From NCBI GenBank assembly GCA_965219445.1, contig CBDCNQ010000004.1:800001-864000 (forward strand): 64,000 nucleotides of DNA. Reading direction: 5' to 3'. Position 1 is the first letter of the stretch. Each line of letters starts with the position of its first letter. Positions 38,192-47,599 of this stretch are shown here, one piece after another. The stretch is from Longimicrobiales bacterium (GTDB lineage Bacteria; Gemmatimonadota; Gemmatimonadetes; Longimicrobiales; Gaopeijiaceae). A model generated the notes under the pieces. It saw only the letters and a list, made by a program, of their open reading frames with translations. It was not told the origin of the DNA and did no database searches. A program made the translations under genes and the position numbers.

Positions 38192-39163
38192 ATGCGCCTC
38201 GGAGTGGTCGGAACCCTCGTTTGGGATACGATCAGCTATCGGGAGGGGCGACCCGAGCCGGTGGAAGAGTGGGGTGGAGTGGCGTATGCCTTGTCGGCTT
38301 TCGAGGCGACTCTCCCGGACAATTGGGAGATCGTACCCATCGTCAAAGTGGGGTCCGACCTGTCGGAGTCGGCCTGGAGATTTCTGCGATCCTTCCCGAG
38401 GATCGACGTGGAGACGGGGATCCGTGTCGTCCCCCAGCCGAATAACCGGGTGGAGCTCGTCTACACGGGGCCGGGGCGGCGTACCGAGCGCTTGAGTGGA
38501 GGAGTGCCTCCCTGGTTGTGGGCAGAGCTAGGGCCGTTGGCGGGGACGTGCGACGCCCTCTACGTAAATTTCGTCTCCGGCTTCGAGATGGAGCTGGATA
38601 CGGCTCGGTCCCTCCGAAGTGTGTTCCCCGGGCCTACCTACGCCGATCTACATTCACTCTTTCTGGGCGTCGGCCGAAGCGGCCTCCGCATCCCTCAGGA
38701 GTTGCCTTCGTGGGGAGCGTGGCTTCGGTGCTTCGACGCGGTCCAGATGAACGCCGAGGAGTTCGAGTTGCTCGGGCGGGCGATGGGAGATCCCTGGCAG
38801 CTGGCGGCTCAGATCGTGGGTCCCGAGTTGAAGTTGATCACCGTCACGCTCGGGCCCGAGGGGGCGGGGTACGTCGCGGGCCCCGCATTCAAGAGTGATC
38901 CTTTGCATTGGCCCGAAACCCGCCATCAAATGGCGATCCCCGGCCAAGCCCGCAGTGGAATCGCACCCGTCGAGGACGCCGAGGTGGTGGGGGATCCCAC
39001 AGGCTGTGGAGACGTCTGGGGGGCTACTTTTCTCGCCCGACTCTTAGGGGGGGATCAACTACAGCCGGCGATGATCCAGGCGAACCGGTTGGCGGCAAGA
39101 AACGTCGGTCATCAGGGCGCGAGCGAGCTGCACAAGTACCTCGGAGGTCGACTCTCCACCTAA
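38192..39163 (+). CDS. PfkB family carbohydrate kinase
   Basis: WGGVAY, QMNAEE, VTLGPEG, DPTGCGDVWGA. Confidence 0.88.
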   Translation: MRLGVVGTLVWDTISYREGRPEPVEEWGGVAYALSAFEATLPDNWEIVPIVKVGSDLSESAWRFLRSFPRIDVETGIRVVPQPNNRVELVYTGPGRRTERLSGGVPPWLWAELGPLAGTCDALYVNFVSGFEMELDTARSLRSVFPGPTYADLHSLFLGVGRSGLRIPQELPSWGAWLRCFDAVQMNAEEFELLGRAMGDPWQLAAQIVGPELKLITVTLGPEGAGYVAGPAFKSDPLHWPETRHQMAIPGQARSGIAPVEDAEVVGDPTGCGDVWGATFLARLLGGDQLQPAMIQANRLAARNVGHQGASELHKYLGGRLST

Positions 39164-39218
39164 GGGGGCCCCTGAGGCAACCTGAAATCGCCGCAACCGT
39201 AGGGCAGGAAGCCGCCGT

Positions 39219-40394
39219 CTACGAGGTGTGGACCACACCCTCCTCGCCGCCTTCGGACGGTGCCTCGGTCTCTCCCCGAGCCAGCGGGTAGGTGAGCTGA
39301 CGCATATACCCATCCGGAACGGGGCTCCCGACGATACCGTACTCCTCCGGCCAGTCCGCTCCGGGAAGATGGTAGGTCCCGAAGATCCGATCGATAACAG
39401 GGAGGTGCGCGGCGAAGTTGCGATTGTACTTCCGGGCGCTGTGATGCCAGTGATGAAATTGTGGCGTCACGAGTAGGTAGCGCAGGGGACCGAACCCGAA
39501 TCGCAGGTTCGCGTGGTTGAGAATCCCCTGGAACGACGCCCAAGTGAGATACACGACGATCGCGGCATCCGAGAACCCCAAGACGTAGAGCGGTATGAAG
39601 CCGAATCCCCGGGTCACGACGATGTCCACCACATGGAGCCGCGACGCAGCCAGCCAATCCAGCAGTTCGCTGGAGTGGTGAATCGCGTGAAAGCGCCACA
39701 GGAACGGGATCTCGTGGAACATGCGGTGGGCGATGTAGGCAAAGAGGTCCGCAACGAACATCGCTTCCATGAACTGTAGCCACAGCGGCTGGGAAGAGAC
39801 CCACGCCTGTAGTGCGTCGGAAACGGCCCAGCGAAAGAAAACCACCGCCGGAAGCATGGTCGCAAGCACCGTGACCTGAACCAGGATATGGCTCACCCCG
39901 AAATGGGCCAGGTCCGTCCTCCAACCTTTTCGGAACACACGCTGATCCTGAAGTCTGGCGAAGAACCGCTCCAGGGGGACGAAGACGAGGGCCAAAATGA
40001 AGATCGAGAGCAGGAACCAGTCGAGGCCCAGGAAGGGCCCCTCGGCGATGGGTCCCTCGATCTCCACCCGCGATCCGCCAAGAGCGAGGGCGAGCGCCGC
40101 CAGGCCACCACCGGCCAACCCGCGTGACTTCCGTTCGCTCAGAATAAAGCTGATTAGACCCAGGGCCAAGGCGGAAAAGAGCACGAGATCGATGAGCAGG
40201 CGTATGGCCTCCATCGGGTAGCTCGCACGCGCGTCGGGTGTCGAGAAGATCCCGGGAAAGCGCAGCACCACAACCGCACCCAAGGCCAAGGATCCCAGGA
40301 AGATCGACAACACGCCGCTGATCTTCCCCTCGCCGAATCTGAACTCGGGCCTGGTTTCCTTGAACGAGGAATCCTGGACGTGATAGGTGCTCAT
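39219..40394 (-). CDS. Sterol desaturase / fatty acid hydroxylase superfamily protein
   Basis: His boxes HRMFH, FHAIHHS, HANL, HHWHH; multi-TM. Confidence 0.9.
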   Translation of the reverse strand: MSTYHVQDSSFKETRPEFRFGEGKISGVLSIFLGSLALGAVVVLRFPGIFSTPDARASYPMEAIRLLIDLVLFSALALGLISFILSERKSRGLAGGGLAALALALGGSRVEIEGPIAEGPFLGLDWFLLSIFILALVFVPLERFFARLQDQRVFRKGWRTDLAHFGVSHILVQVTVLATMLPAVVFFRWAVSDALQAWVSSQPLWLQFMEAMFVADLFAYIAHRMFHEIPFLWRFHAIHHSSELLDWLAASRLHVVDIVVTRGFGFIPLYVLGFSDAAIVVYLTWASFQGILNHANLRFGFGPLRYLLVTPQFHHWHHSARKYNRNFAAHLPVIDRIFGTYHLPGADWPEEYGIVGSPVPDGYMRQLTYPLARGETEAPSEGGEEGVVHTS

Positions 40395-41116
40395 GACTTC
40401 GTCCCCTCACGGGCCTCGGGCCGTGGGCGGCCGATCGCCGCTCGAATGAGCCGTTCGGCCCTGCCGAAGAAGTCGACTCGATCGAGGATCACATTCATCC
40501 AGCCGTGTGTGACGCAGTAGCCATGCGTGTACGCGCTGTGGTGCAGGTCGTGCGCCTCGGGCGACAGGATGATGCCATGCCTTTGGAGCCACCGGACTCC
40601 GGGTGGGACACTCTGGGCGTGCGCCCACTTGTGGAAAATGTTCGTGCCCAGGGAGCCGAGCGCGAAGGCGAACAACAGCCCATGGATGAACACCGAGGCG
40701 GGATTCGTAACGTCGGGACCGCCGGCACTGAGAGCCAAGAGCAACGGGGGAATGATGATGATGTAGTTGGTGCTGTCCTGCTCTAGGAACCCGTATTCGT
40801 TGATGGCTTCGGGATGGTCGTGGTGATCACGAAACGGGTGGATGACGGTCCGGCCGATTAGCGGAGTATCGGGAGCAAAGAAAGAGTCGCAAAACCAATG
40901 GACGGTCCCTGAGAGGAGATCGGCCAGGAGATACCCGACGAGTGAGCCCGTGGCCAGCCAAGGCCAAGCCGAGGGCGTAAGCAGTGCATCGGCCAGCCCT
41001 ATGCTGAACATCCCGAGCACACTCACTGCAGCAACGAGCGCGCTCGCCTTCAGCACCGTGAGGGCACGGGGCTGATTGATGGGAAGCGGGGCGACTGTCA
41101 CCGGAGAATACGGCAA
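40391..41116 (-). CDS. CarF / TMEM189 (PEDS1) / FAD4 family lipid desaturase
   Basis: ADLLSGTVHWFCD..F...TPLIG..VIHPFRDHH.HP, HKWAH, WLQRHGIILS..HDLHH, YCVTHGW. Confidence 0.88.
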   Translation of the reverse strand: MPYSPVTVAPLPINQPRALTVLKASALVAAVSVLGMFSIGLADALLTPSAWPWLATGSLVGYLLADLLSGTVHWFCDSFFAPDTPLIGRTVIHPFRDHHDHPEAINEYGFLEQDSTNYIIIIPPLLLALSAGGPDVTNPASVFIHGLLFAFALGSLGTNIFHKWAHAQSVPPGVRWLQRHGIILSPEAHDLHHSAYTHGYCVTHGWMNVILDRVDFFGRAERLIRAAIGRPRPEAREGTKS

Positions 41117-41247
41117 TGGGTAGTCAAGTCTCGTGGGTTTGCTTCAGCCAAACCTTCGCATGATCTCTACCACGCTGTGACGATATCTGCGCCGGGGCAA
41201 CGATCTTAGTTGCGTGGCTTGCCTCTTCCACCCACGATATCCGCACA

Positions 41248-42531
41248 ATGAAGAACCCGACTCTTCTCGTACGCCGTGTTGTGGCCACCCGCTACAGCGT
41301 CCTCCTCACGCTGGCTCTGATCACCCCGTGTGGGCCTGCTGTCGCTCAGGGCCTCCCCACCACCGCACCCGAATCCGTCGGGCTCTCGAGCGCACGGCTC
41401 GACCGAGTGACCGACGGACTGCAGGCCCATGTCGATGCCGGGCACATCGCGGGCGTCGTGGGTGCGGTGGTCCGACACGGCCGACTGGCCTATATGGAGG
41501 CGTTGGGACAGGCGAACATCGAAGCCGCTCGCCCCATGCCCGAAGACGCCATTTTCCGTCTCTACTCGATGACCCGCCCCATTACCAGCGCAGCAGCAAT
41601 GATCCTTTGGGAGGAGGGGGCGTTCCAGCTCGACGATCCCATCTCGCGGTACCTGCCCCTGTTTGCGAACCAGAGGACCTTCGCCGACGCCGACTCGCCG
41701 AGCATGGACCGAACGCAGGCGCGCAGAGGTGATATCACCGTAGAGCACCTACTGCTGCATACGTCAGGGATGGGTAGCCGCAGTTCGTCGATCTACCGCG
41801 CCGAGGGCGTACGTTCGCGTTCGATCACACTCGAACAGATGGTCGACAACGCAGCTCGTACTCCCCTGTTCGAGGATCCGGGCACGAACTGGCGATACGG
41901 CATCTCGACCACGATTCTCGGACGCCTCGTCGAAGTCTGGTCGGGTAGACCGCTGGAGGATTTCCTCCAGGAGCGCCTTTTCGAGCCCCTGGGTATGACG
42001 GACACAGGGTTCTGGGTCGAGCCCGACCACGTTGACCGTTTGGCCACAGTCTACCGCCCGTCACCCGAGGGCGAGCTCCGGCCGTACCAGATCGAGGACG
42101 TCCCTTTCACCGAGCGACCCGTCCTAATCGAGGGCGGCGTCGGCCTGGTGGCCTCCACAATGGACTTCCTGCGCTTCTCACAGATGTTCCTGAACGGGGG
42201 AGAGTTGGACGGGAATCGGGTGCTCCAGCCCGAGACGGTTGCAATGATGACGGTCAATCGTGTTCCCGACGCACTCCTTCCGCTCAATCCTCGCTCCCTC
42301 GGGAGGGGGTGGACTCTGGGCTTCAGCGCAGTGATCGACGCCCGTGAGTTCCCCTATCCGGTGAATGACGGCGACTTCTGGTGGGATGGCTCTGCGGGCA
42401 CACGCTTCTGGATCGATCCAAGTGAGGACATAATCACGATTGTCATGGCACAGGTCTCGCCCTCGGGAGGCGGGGGCTTTCGGGAGGAGTTCAAGACGCG
42501 TGTTTACGACGCGATTATCGAGGAGCGTTAA
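41248..42531 (+). CDS. Serine hydrolase (beta-lactamase class C fold), exported
   Basis: Signal peptide; IFRLYSMTR, LLLHTSG, PGTNWRYG, PLGMTDT, WDGSAGT. Confidence 0.88.
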   Translation: MKNPTLLVRRVVATRYSVLLTLALITPCGPAVAQGLPTTAPESVGLSSARLDRVTDGLQAHVDAGHIAGVVGAVVRHGRLAYMEALGQANIEAARPMPEDAIFRLYSMTRPITSAAAMILWEEGAFQLDDPISRYLPLFANQRTFADADSPSMDRTQARRGDITVEHLLLHTSGMGSRSSSIYRAEGVRSRSITLEQMVDNAARTPLFEDPGTNWRYGISTTILGRLVEVWSGRPLEDFLQERLFEPLGMTDTGFWVEPDHVDRLATVYRPSPEGELRPYQIEDVPFTERPVLIEGGVGLVASTMDFLRFSQMFLNGGELDGNRVLQPETVAMMTVNRVPDALLPLNPRSLGRGWTLGFSAVIDAREFPYPVNDGDFWWDGSAGTRFWIDPSEDIITIVMAQVSPSGGGGFREEFKTRVYDAIIEER

Positions 42532-42765
42532 TCAGCCGACTTTGAGCTGCCCGTGTGCTCATTCTTTTCGTGTTTCCGGACCTCAAGAACCCGAGCCGGG
42601 CCCTCCGGTACATCCGTCCTCGGTCTGTGGGGCTCAGAAGATGGTTTCCAAAAGACATGGGCCTGACAACATTTGTTTCAGGACACTGTCCTGGCGCGAC
42701 GGCGTCTGGGATGGTGGTGAGAAGCCGTATGAGTGGACACACGAAACTATGGGGCCGGTAGGCTC

Positions 42766-43314
42766 ATGCTAGACTCTGACGACGGCACTGTCGTGCCTCA
42801 ACCCACAGAATCACCGCCGGAGCGGCAGCAGCACCCGCCGGGGAAAGCCGACGTTCCCTACGACGGGACGATCCGGCTGGTGGGTCATCGCGTGCGGGAG
42901 GTTCAGCGCGGCATGGTTCAGGTGGAGGCTCAGATCACCTGTGAGGGTCGCACCTTCAATGGCGCGGCATCAGGACCTGTAGGGGCCGCCGACCGGTTGC
43001 GAGTGCCCGCGCTGGCCACCCTGAGAGCCCTCGACACCTGCCTACAGATCTTTTATCTGGGCTATTCCGATCCGGCCCTCTCCCTCGACAACGTGATAGA
43101 GGTATCGGTCGGTGATTTTCCGGTGGCCGTGGTGATGATAACGGCGTCGGAGAAGGGGAATCCGACGCCTCTGGTCGCGGCGTGTCCCCTCGTCGGCATG
43201 TCGGATTTGGCCATCATTCTAGCGACTCTTCAAGCCACGGCCCGGACGGTGAGCCATTGGCTGACCTGGGGGGATCGAGCCTCCAATGCGGAGGAACAGG
43301 ACCGGCCACAATGA
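42766..43314 (+). CDS. Hypothetical protein (possible LeuA regulatory-domain-like fold)
   Basis: 182-aa ORF; ends 'IILATLQATA', echoed in the next gene; ATGA overlap with it. Confidence 0.6.
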   Translation: MLDSDDGTVVPQPTESPPERQQHPPGKADVPYDGTIRLVGHRVREVQRGMVQVEAQITCEGRTFNGAASGPVGAADRLRVPALATLRALDTCLQIFYLGYSDPALSLDNVIEVSVGDFPVAVVMITASEKGNPTPLVAACPLVGMSDLAIILATLQATARTVSHWLTWGDRASNAEEQDRPQ

Positions 43315-44183
43315 CGCAGACCGTCGATCAGGGCGCTGACGGAGGTGTGGTCGAGCGCGTGGAGCTACTTCTTGCATCACTCACGGCGGTCGTGTCGGCG
43401 CGAGTCATACTCGACGAGGAAAAGGGACCCCAAGTCCACATCATCGCGACTTCGGAGATGCCGGTGTCGGAGGTCTCCAGGGCGGTGATGTCGGCACTGA
43501 CCTGGGGACTCGGTTTCCAGGTCCCGTCGAGCCAAATAACCGTGGTACAGAGCAGCCTGTCGCGTGAGGAGTTGCACTCCCTCTTGGGTCCGGAAGCCGC
43601 CGAAATGGCACCTTCCTCGGACGTGCCCCCGGAGGCACCACCGTCCGCCGAATCCGATCGGAGATCGGCGGTTCCGGAGACCGGACTAGTGGAATTCAGT
43701 CTCGGCGGTTCCGGGGATGAGCCGGCGGACGGACCGGGGTTCGACATTCGGCGCCTCGAGCTTCAAGACCTTGAATTGACGAAGAACCCCCAAGGCGGAT
43801 TCAGCATCTCCGTGCATCTGGCTGACAACAACCGCTCCATCGGAGCCCAAAGGGAAGCGGCCGGAACGGAGGAAGATCTATTGGAGGTTCCGGCCAGCGC
43901 CGCTCTCGGCGTGATCCAGGAATTTCTTCGAGCCGGGCGCAAGGACGGACTCAACGTCGTGCTCAGATTCCTGGCTGCCAGGCGCCTCCGCCATCCGCAA
44001 CACGATGTCGTCGTTGTGGTGGTAGAGGCAGTGGTCCGCGGCCGCCGGATTCCTATGACGGGTGCCGCCTCTGCTGCCAACGGAGTCGAGAGGGGTTCGG
44101 TCCTGGCCACGCTTCAGGCCACCAACGCCTTTGTCCCGGGCACACTGTCTGCGAAGGCTGGCAACGGAGCCTCGGCGGAGTAA
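43311..44183 (+). CDS. Two-domain hypothetical protein; C-terminal domain similar to the upstream gene
   Basis: ATG at 43311 overlaps the upstream stop; ends '[10 protein letters not shown]'. Confidence 0.65.
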   Translation: MTQTVDQGADGGVVERVELLLASLTAVVSARVILDEEKGPQVHIIATSEMPVSEVSRAVMSALTWGLGFQVPSSQITVVQSSLSREELHSLLGPEAAEMAPSSDVPPEAPPSAESDRRSAVPETGLVEFSLGGSGDEPADGPGFDIRRLELQDLELTKNPQGGFSISVHLADNNRSIGAQREAAGTEEDLLEVPASAALGVIQEFLRAGRKDGLNVVLRFLAARRLRHPQHDVVVVVVEAVVRGRRIPMTGAASAANGVERGSVLATLQATNAFVPGTLSAKAGNGASAE

Positions 44184-44320
44184 CTCTTTACTTGGCGAAC
44201 TTGGCGACGATCGACTCCACGATCGACCGTTGCACTCCCCACAAACCCCCGATAAGCTCGATCCAGTCGAGGCCCAACGGTCTTCGGCCCCGCACCGTCA
44301 CTTCGACTGGAGAGCCACTC

Positions 44321-45622
44321 ATGGCCACCCCGAACCTCGGCGCTTCAACTCGCCTGCGTTGGCGGGCCCTCCCGCTGGCCACCACCCTCGTTCTTGCTGT
44401 CGCACTCAAGCCTGCGACCGCACAGGACTTGCCGCGTGCAACGCCCGAGGAGGTCGGCATGTCGTCGGCACGGCTCGAGCGGCTGAGCGACGCGCTACAG
44501 GCCTACGTCGACAACGGTGAGGTGGCGGGCGCCACGACCATCGTGGTGCGCCGTGGCAAGATCGCCTACCTCGAGGCGTTTGGGCAGCGGGACCGCGAGG
44601 CGCGCTCACCGATGAGGACTGACGCGATCTTCCGGATCGCATCGCAAACGAAGGCACCGATCAGCGTCGGCGTCATGATGCTCCAGGAAGAAGGCAAGCT
44701 CCTGATTACCGACCCGGTCGGGAAGTACCTGCCGGAGTTCATGCAGACGACCGTGGGGATGCCGAACGGTGCAGGCGGCTACACCATAGTCCCGGCCGAC
44801 CGACCCATCGTCATCCGCGACCTCCTGACCCATACGGCTGGGATCAGCTATGGCACCGGTCTGGCGAGTGAGCGCTGGGAAGAAGCCGGCATCACCGGCT
44901 GGTACTTCGCGAATCGGGATGAACCGGTCGGTGCCACCGTGGCACGGATTGCGAAGCTCCCGATGAATGCACAACCGGGCACTCAGTGGGTCTACGGCTA
45001 CAACACCGACATCCTCGGGGCGCTCATCGAGAAGGTGAGTGGGCAGCCGCTCGACGTCTTCATGCGAGAGCGTATCCTGGAACCACTCGGTATGAACGAC
45101 ACGCATTTCTATCTTCCAACAGGCGACCAGGATCGGCTGGCGACGGTCTACTCCGCGACGAATGGCGGGCTGGAGCGTGCGCCCGATCCCGGCCATATGG
45201 TGGGCCAAGGTGCCTACGTCGACGGACCGCGTCGGAGCTTTTCGGGCGGGGCAGGCTTCCTTTCGACCGTCTCCGACTATGCCCGGTTCCTGCAGATGAT
45301 GCTCAACGGCGGGGAGCTCGAGGGCGTCCGCATCCTGACACCGAAGACGGTCGAGTTGATGACGACCGACCACCTCCGCGATATCCCCTTCCGGTCGGGT
45401 CAGGGCTTCGGCCTCGGCTTCTCCATCGTGACCGACCTCGGCGCCCGCGGCATCCCTGGCTCTGTCGGCGAATACGGTTGGGGGGGTGCCTATCACTCGA
45501 CGTATTGGGTCGATCCGGAGGAGGAGCTCGTCGTGGTCTACCTGACGAACCTGATCCCCGCCGGCGGCATCGACGACCACGGCAAACTGCGAGCGCTCAT
45601 CTATCAGGCGATTATGAACTAA
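44321..45622 (+). CDS. Serine hydrolase (beta-lactamase class C fold), exported
   Basis: IFRIASQTK (SxxK), [21 protein letters not shown]. Confidence 0.9.
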   Translation: MATPNLGASTRLRWRALPLATTLVLAVALKPATAQDLPRATPEEVGMSSARLERLSDALQAYVDNGEVAGATTIVVRRGKIAYLEAFGQRDREARSPMRTDAIFRIASQTKAPISVGVMMLQEEGKLLITDPVGKYLPEFMQTTVGMPNGAGGYTIVPADRPIVIRDLLTHTAGISYGTGLASERWEEAGITGWYFANRDEPVGATVARIAKLPMNAQPGTQWVYGYNTDILGALIEKVSGQPLDVFMRERILEPLGMNDTHFYLPTGDQDRLATVYSATNGGLERAPDPGHMVGQGAYVDGPRRSFSGGAGFLSTVSDYARFLQMMLNGGELEGVRILTPKTVELMTTDHLRDIPFRSGQGFGLGFSIVTDLGARGIPGSVGEYGWGGAYHSTYWVDPEEELVVVYLTNLIPAGGIDDHGKLRALIYQAIMN

Positions 45623-45673
45623 GGCAAAGACCGGGGGAGGCCGGCGTGCGTCAGGTCATCCGTAACCTCCGCA

Positions 45674-47401
45674 TCACTGATCGAGCGCGAACACCCAGAC
45701 GACGCCGCCCTGCGGAATGAAGGTACTCGTGCCTCGCGCTCCATCGATGCGCCGGCCCATGGACGCTGCGTCCACCCCCCACCCCGACTGGACCGCGACG
45801 AACTGCACTCCATCGACCTCGTAGGTGGACGGCACACCGATGATTCCGGAGTTGGTGCGCTGCTGCCACAGGATCTCACCGGTCCGGGCGTCGAACGCCC
45901 GGAAGTACCGGTCGTCCGTTCCGCCCGCGAAGACGAGTCCACCTCCGGTCGTAAGCACCGGGCCCCAGTTCTGAGAGTCGAACTCTTGGGTCCACACGCG
46001 TTCGCCCGTGTTCAAATCCCAGGCCTGCAGCTCGCCGATATGGTCGGCCCCGGGGGCCACGGTCATCTCCGTGTCTGCCCCCGTGAAGGAACGACCAGGT
46101 TGGTATTCGATTTCCTCTCCAACGCTGGTCCCGCAGAGGTTTTCGTTGGCCGGAATGTAGAGAAACCCAGTGTTCGGGTTGTAGGCGGCGGGCGGCCAGT
46201 CCTTGCCTCCCCACAGCGACGGGCAGAACTCGGCCGGCTTCCCGGTACCGGGCTTCCGCTCTTCATCGTAGGTCGGTCGACCCGTCTCCGGGTCGAGGCT
46301 GGTGAAAACGTTCTGGCGCACGAAAGGTTGAGCGTCCACGAAGCGAATGGCCTCTGAGTCACGCTCCAGAATCCACAGGTACCCATTCCGGCCCGGATGG
46401 ACGAGCCCCGGAATCGTTCGCCCGTCTCGCTCCACGTCTATGAGAAGCGGCGTCGAAACCTCATCCCAATCCCACGACCCATTCCAATGGTACTGGTGAT
46501 GGGTAACGAGCTCGCCGGTGTCGATAGCGAGGGCAATCACCGAGTTGGTGTACAGATTGTCCCCCGGGCGCTGGTCTCCGATCCAGGGGCCAGGGTTGCC
46601 CGTGCCCCAATACGTGAGTCCTAGACCAGGATCGTAGTGACCCGTGAGCCAAACGGCGGCCCCGCCGGTACGCCATGCCCCCTCCGGCCACGTATCGTTG
46701 CCCGGCTCGCCCGGTCCGGGCACCGTGTAGGTTCTCCAGACCTCCTCGCCTGTCTCCGTATCGAGAGCTACGACAAAACCGCGAATGCCAAGCTCGCCGC
46801 CTGAGACGCCCACCATGACCTTCCCCCGCGCAGCCAAAGGCGCCAGCGTCATGTAGTACCCTACGGAATTATCTGCCACCGGCGTGTCCCAAACGACTTC
46901 ACCTGAGCGGGCGTCGAGCGCCACCACCCGTGCGTCCAGCGTCGCCATATACACCTTGTCCCCGAACAACGCCACACCCCGGTTCGTGTTGTGAAGCGCG
47001 ATCCGATCCGGGCTGAGCCCATGCGAGTAGCGCCACAGTAGGTCTCCGTTCCGGGCGTCCAGAGCGAACAGTTGATTGCCCGGAGTGGTGATGAACATGA
47101 TCCCGTCATTGACGACCGGTGGGGACTCGTGACCCCCCGTTGCGTTTGTCGAAAACGCCCATACCGGGTTGAGATTCTGCACGTTGGACGCGTCGATCTG
47201 ATCGAGCGGGCTGTATCCCCACCCGCTGTAGCCCCCACGATATGACAGCCAGTTCTCGGGTTCGGGACTCATGAGCCGCTCGTCGGTAACCGGCCGGTAT
47301 GCCTGGCCAGCCACAGTGGCCGGGGCCAATGTGATCACCACTGCCAGGGCCATTAGACCTGTGTGCTTCGTGGTCACCAAAGGTCCCTCCTTTCCGCTCA
47401 A
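45674..47401 (-). CDS. PQQ-dependent dehydrogenase (alcohol dehydrogenase family)
   Basis: YSPLDQI..NV, beta-propeller 'ALDARxG...W' repeats, GGELGIRG, GTGNPGPW, WDWDE, CPSLWGGKDW. Confidence 0.9.
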   Translation of the reverse strand: MSGKEGPLVTTKHTGLMALAVVITLAPATVAGQAYRPVTDERLMSPEPENWLSYRGGYSGWGYSPLDQIDASNVQNLNPVWAFSTNATGGHESPPVVNDGIMFITTPGNQLFALDARNGDLLWRYSHGLSPDRIALHNTNRGVALFGDKVYMATLDARVVALDARSGEVVWDTPVADNSVGYYMTLAPLAARGKVMVGVSGGELGIRGFVVALDTETGEEVWRTYTVPGPGEPGNDTWPEGAWRTGGAAVWLTGHYDPGLGLTYWGTGNPGPWIGDQRPGDNLYTNSVIALAIDTGELVTHHQYHWNGSWDWDEVSTPLLIDVERDGRTIPGLVHPGRNGYLWILERDSEAIRFVDAQPFVRQNVFTSLDPETGRPTYDEERKPGTGKPAEFCPSLWGGKDWPPAAYNPNTGFLYIPANENLCGTSVGEEIEYQPGRSFTGADTEMTVAPGADHIGELQAWDLNTGERVWTQEFDSQNWGPVLTTGGGLVFAGGTDDRYFRAFDARTGEILWQQRTNSGIIGVPSTYEVDGVQFVAVQSGWGVDAASMGRRIDGARGTSTFIPQGGVVWVFALDQ

Positions 47402-47599
47402 TGCGCGTGGAGCCAGCGAGCCGCAGAACGTAGGAGAGCAGCCCAGGGAGCGCTAGCGGCGTGCGACCTGATGTTGACCGGCCTCAGCCCGCCTCTCACC
47501 TTACGCTGGCCGTGAAGGGGGCTGTAATCTCCTTTTGAGAACCCGTGACGGCGTCTTCGACGACGTGCGCGCCGGAAGAGTCCTTCGCCGGTAGACCAA

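Noticed and set aside
41248..45622. Antibiotic-resistance beta-lactamases
   Set aside because: Generic class C-fold serine hydrolases; nothing in the sequence indicates beta-lactam hydrolysis or a resistance-cassette context.
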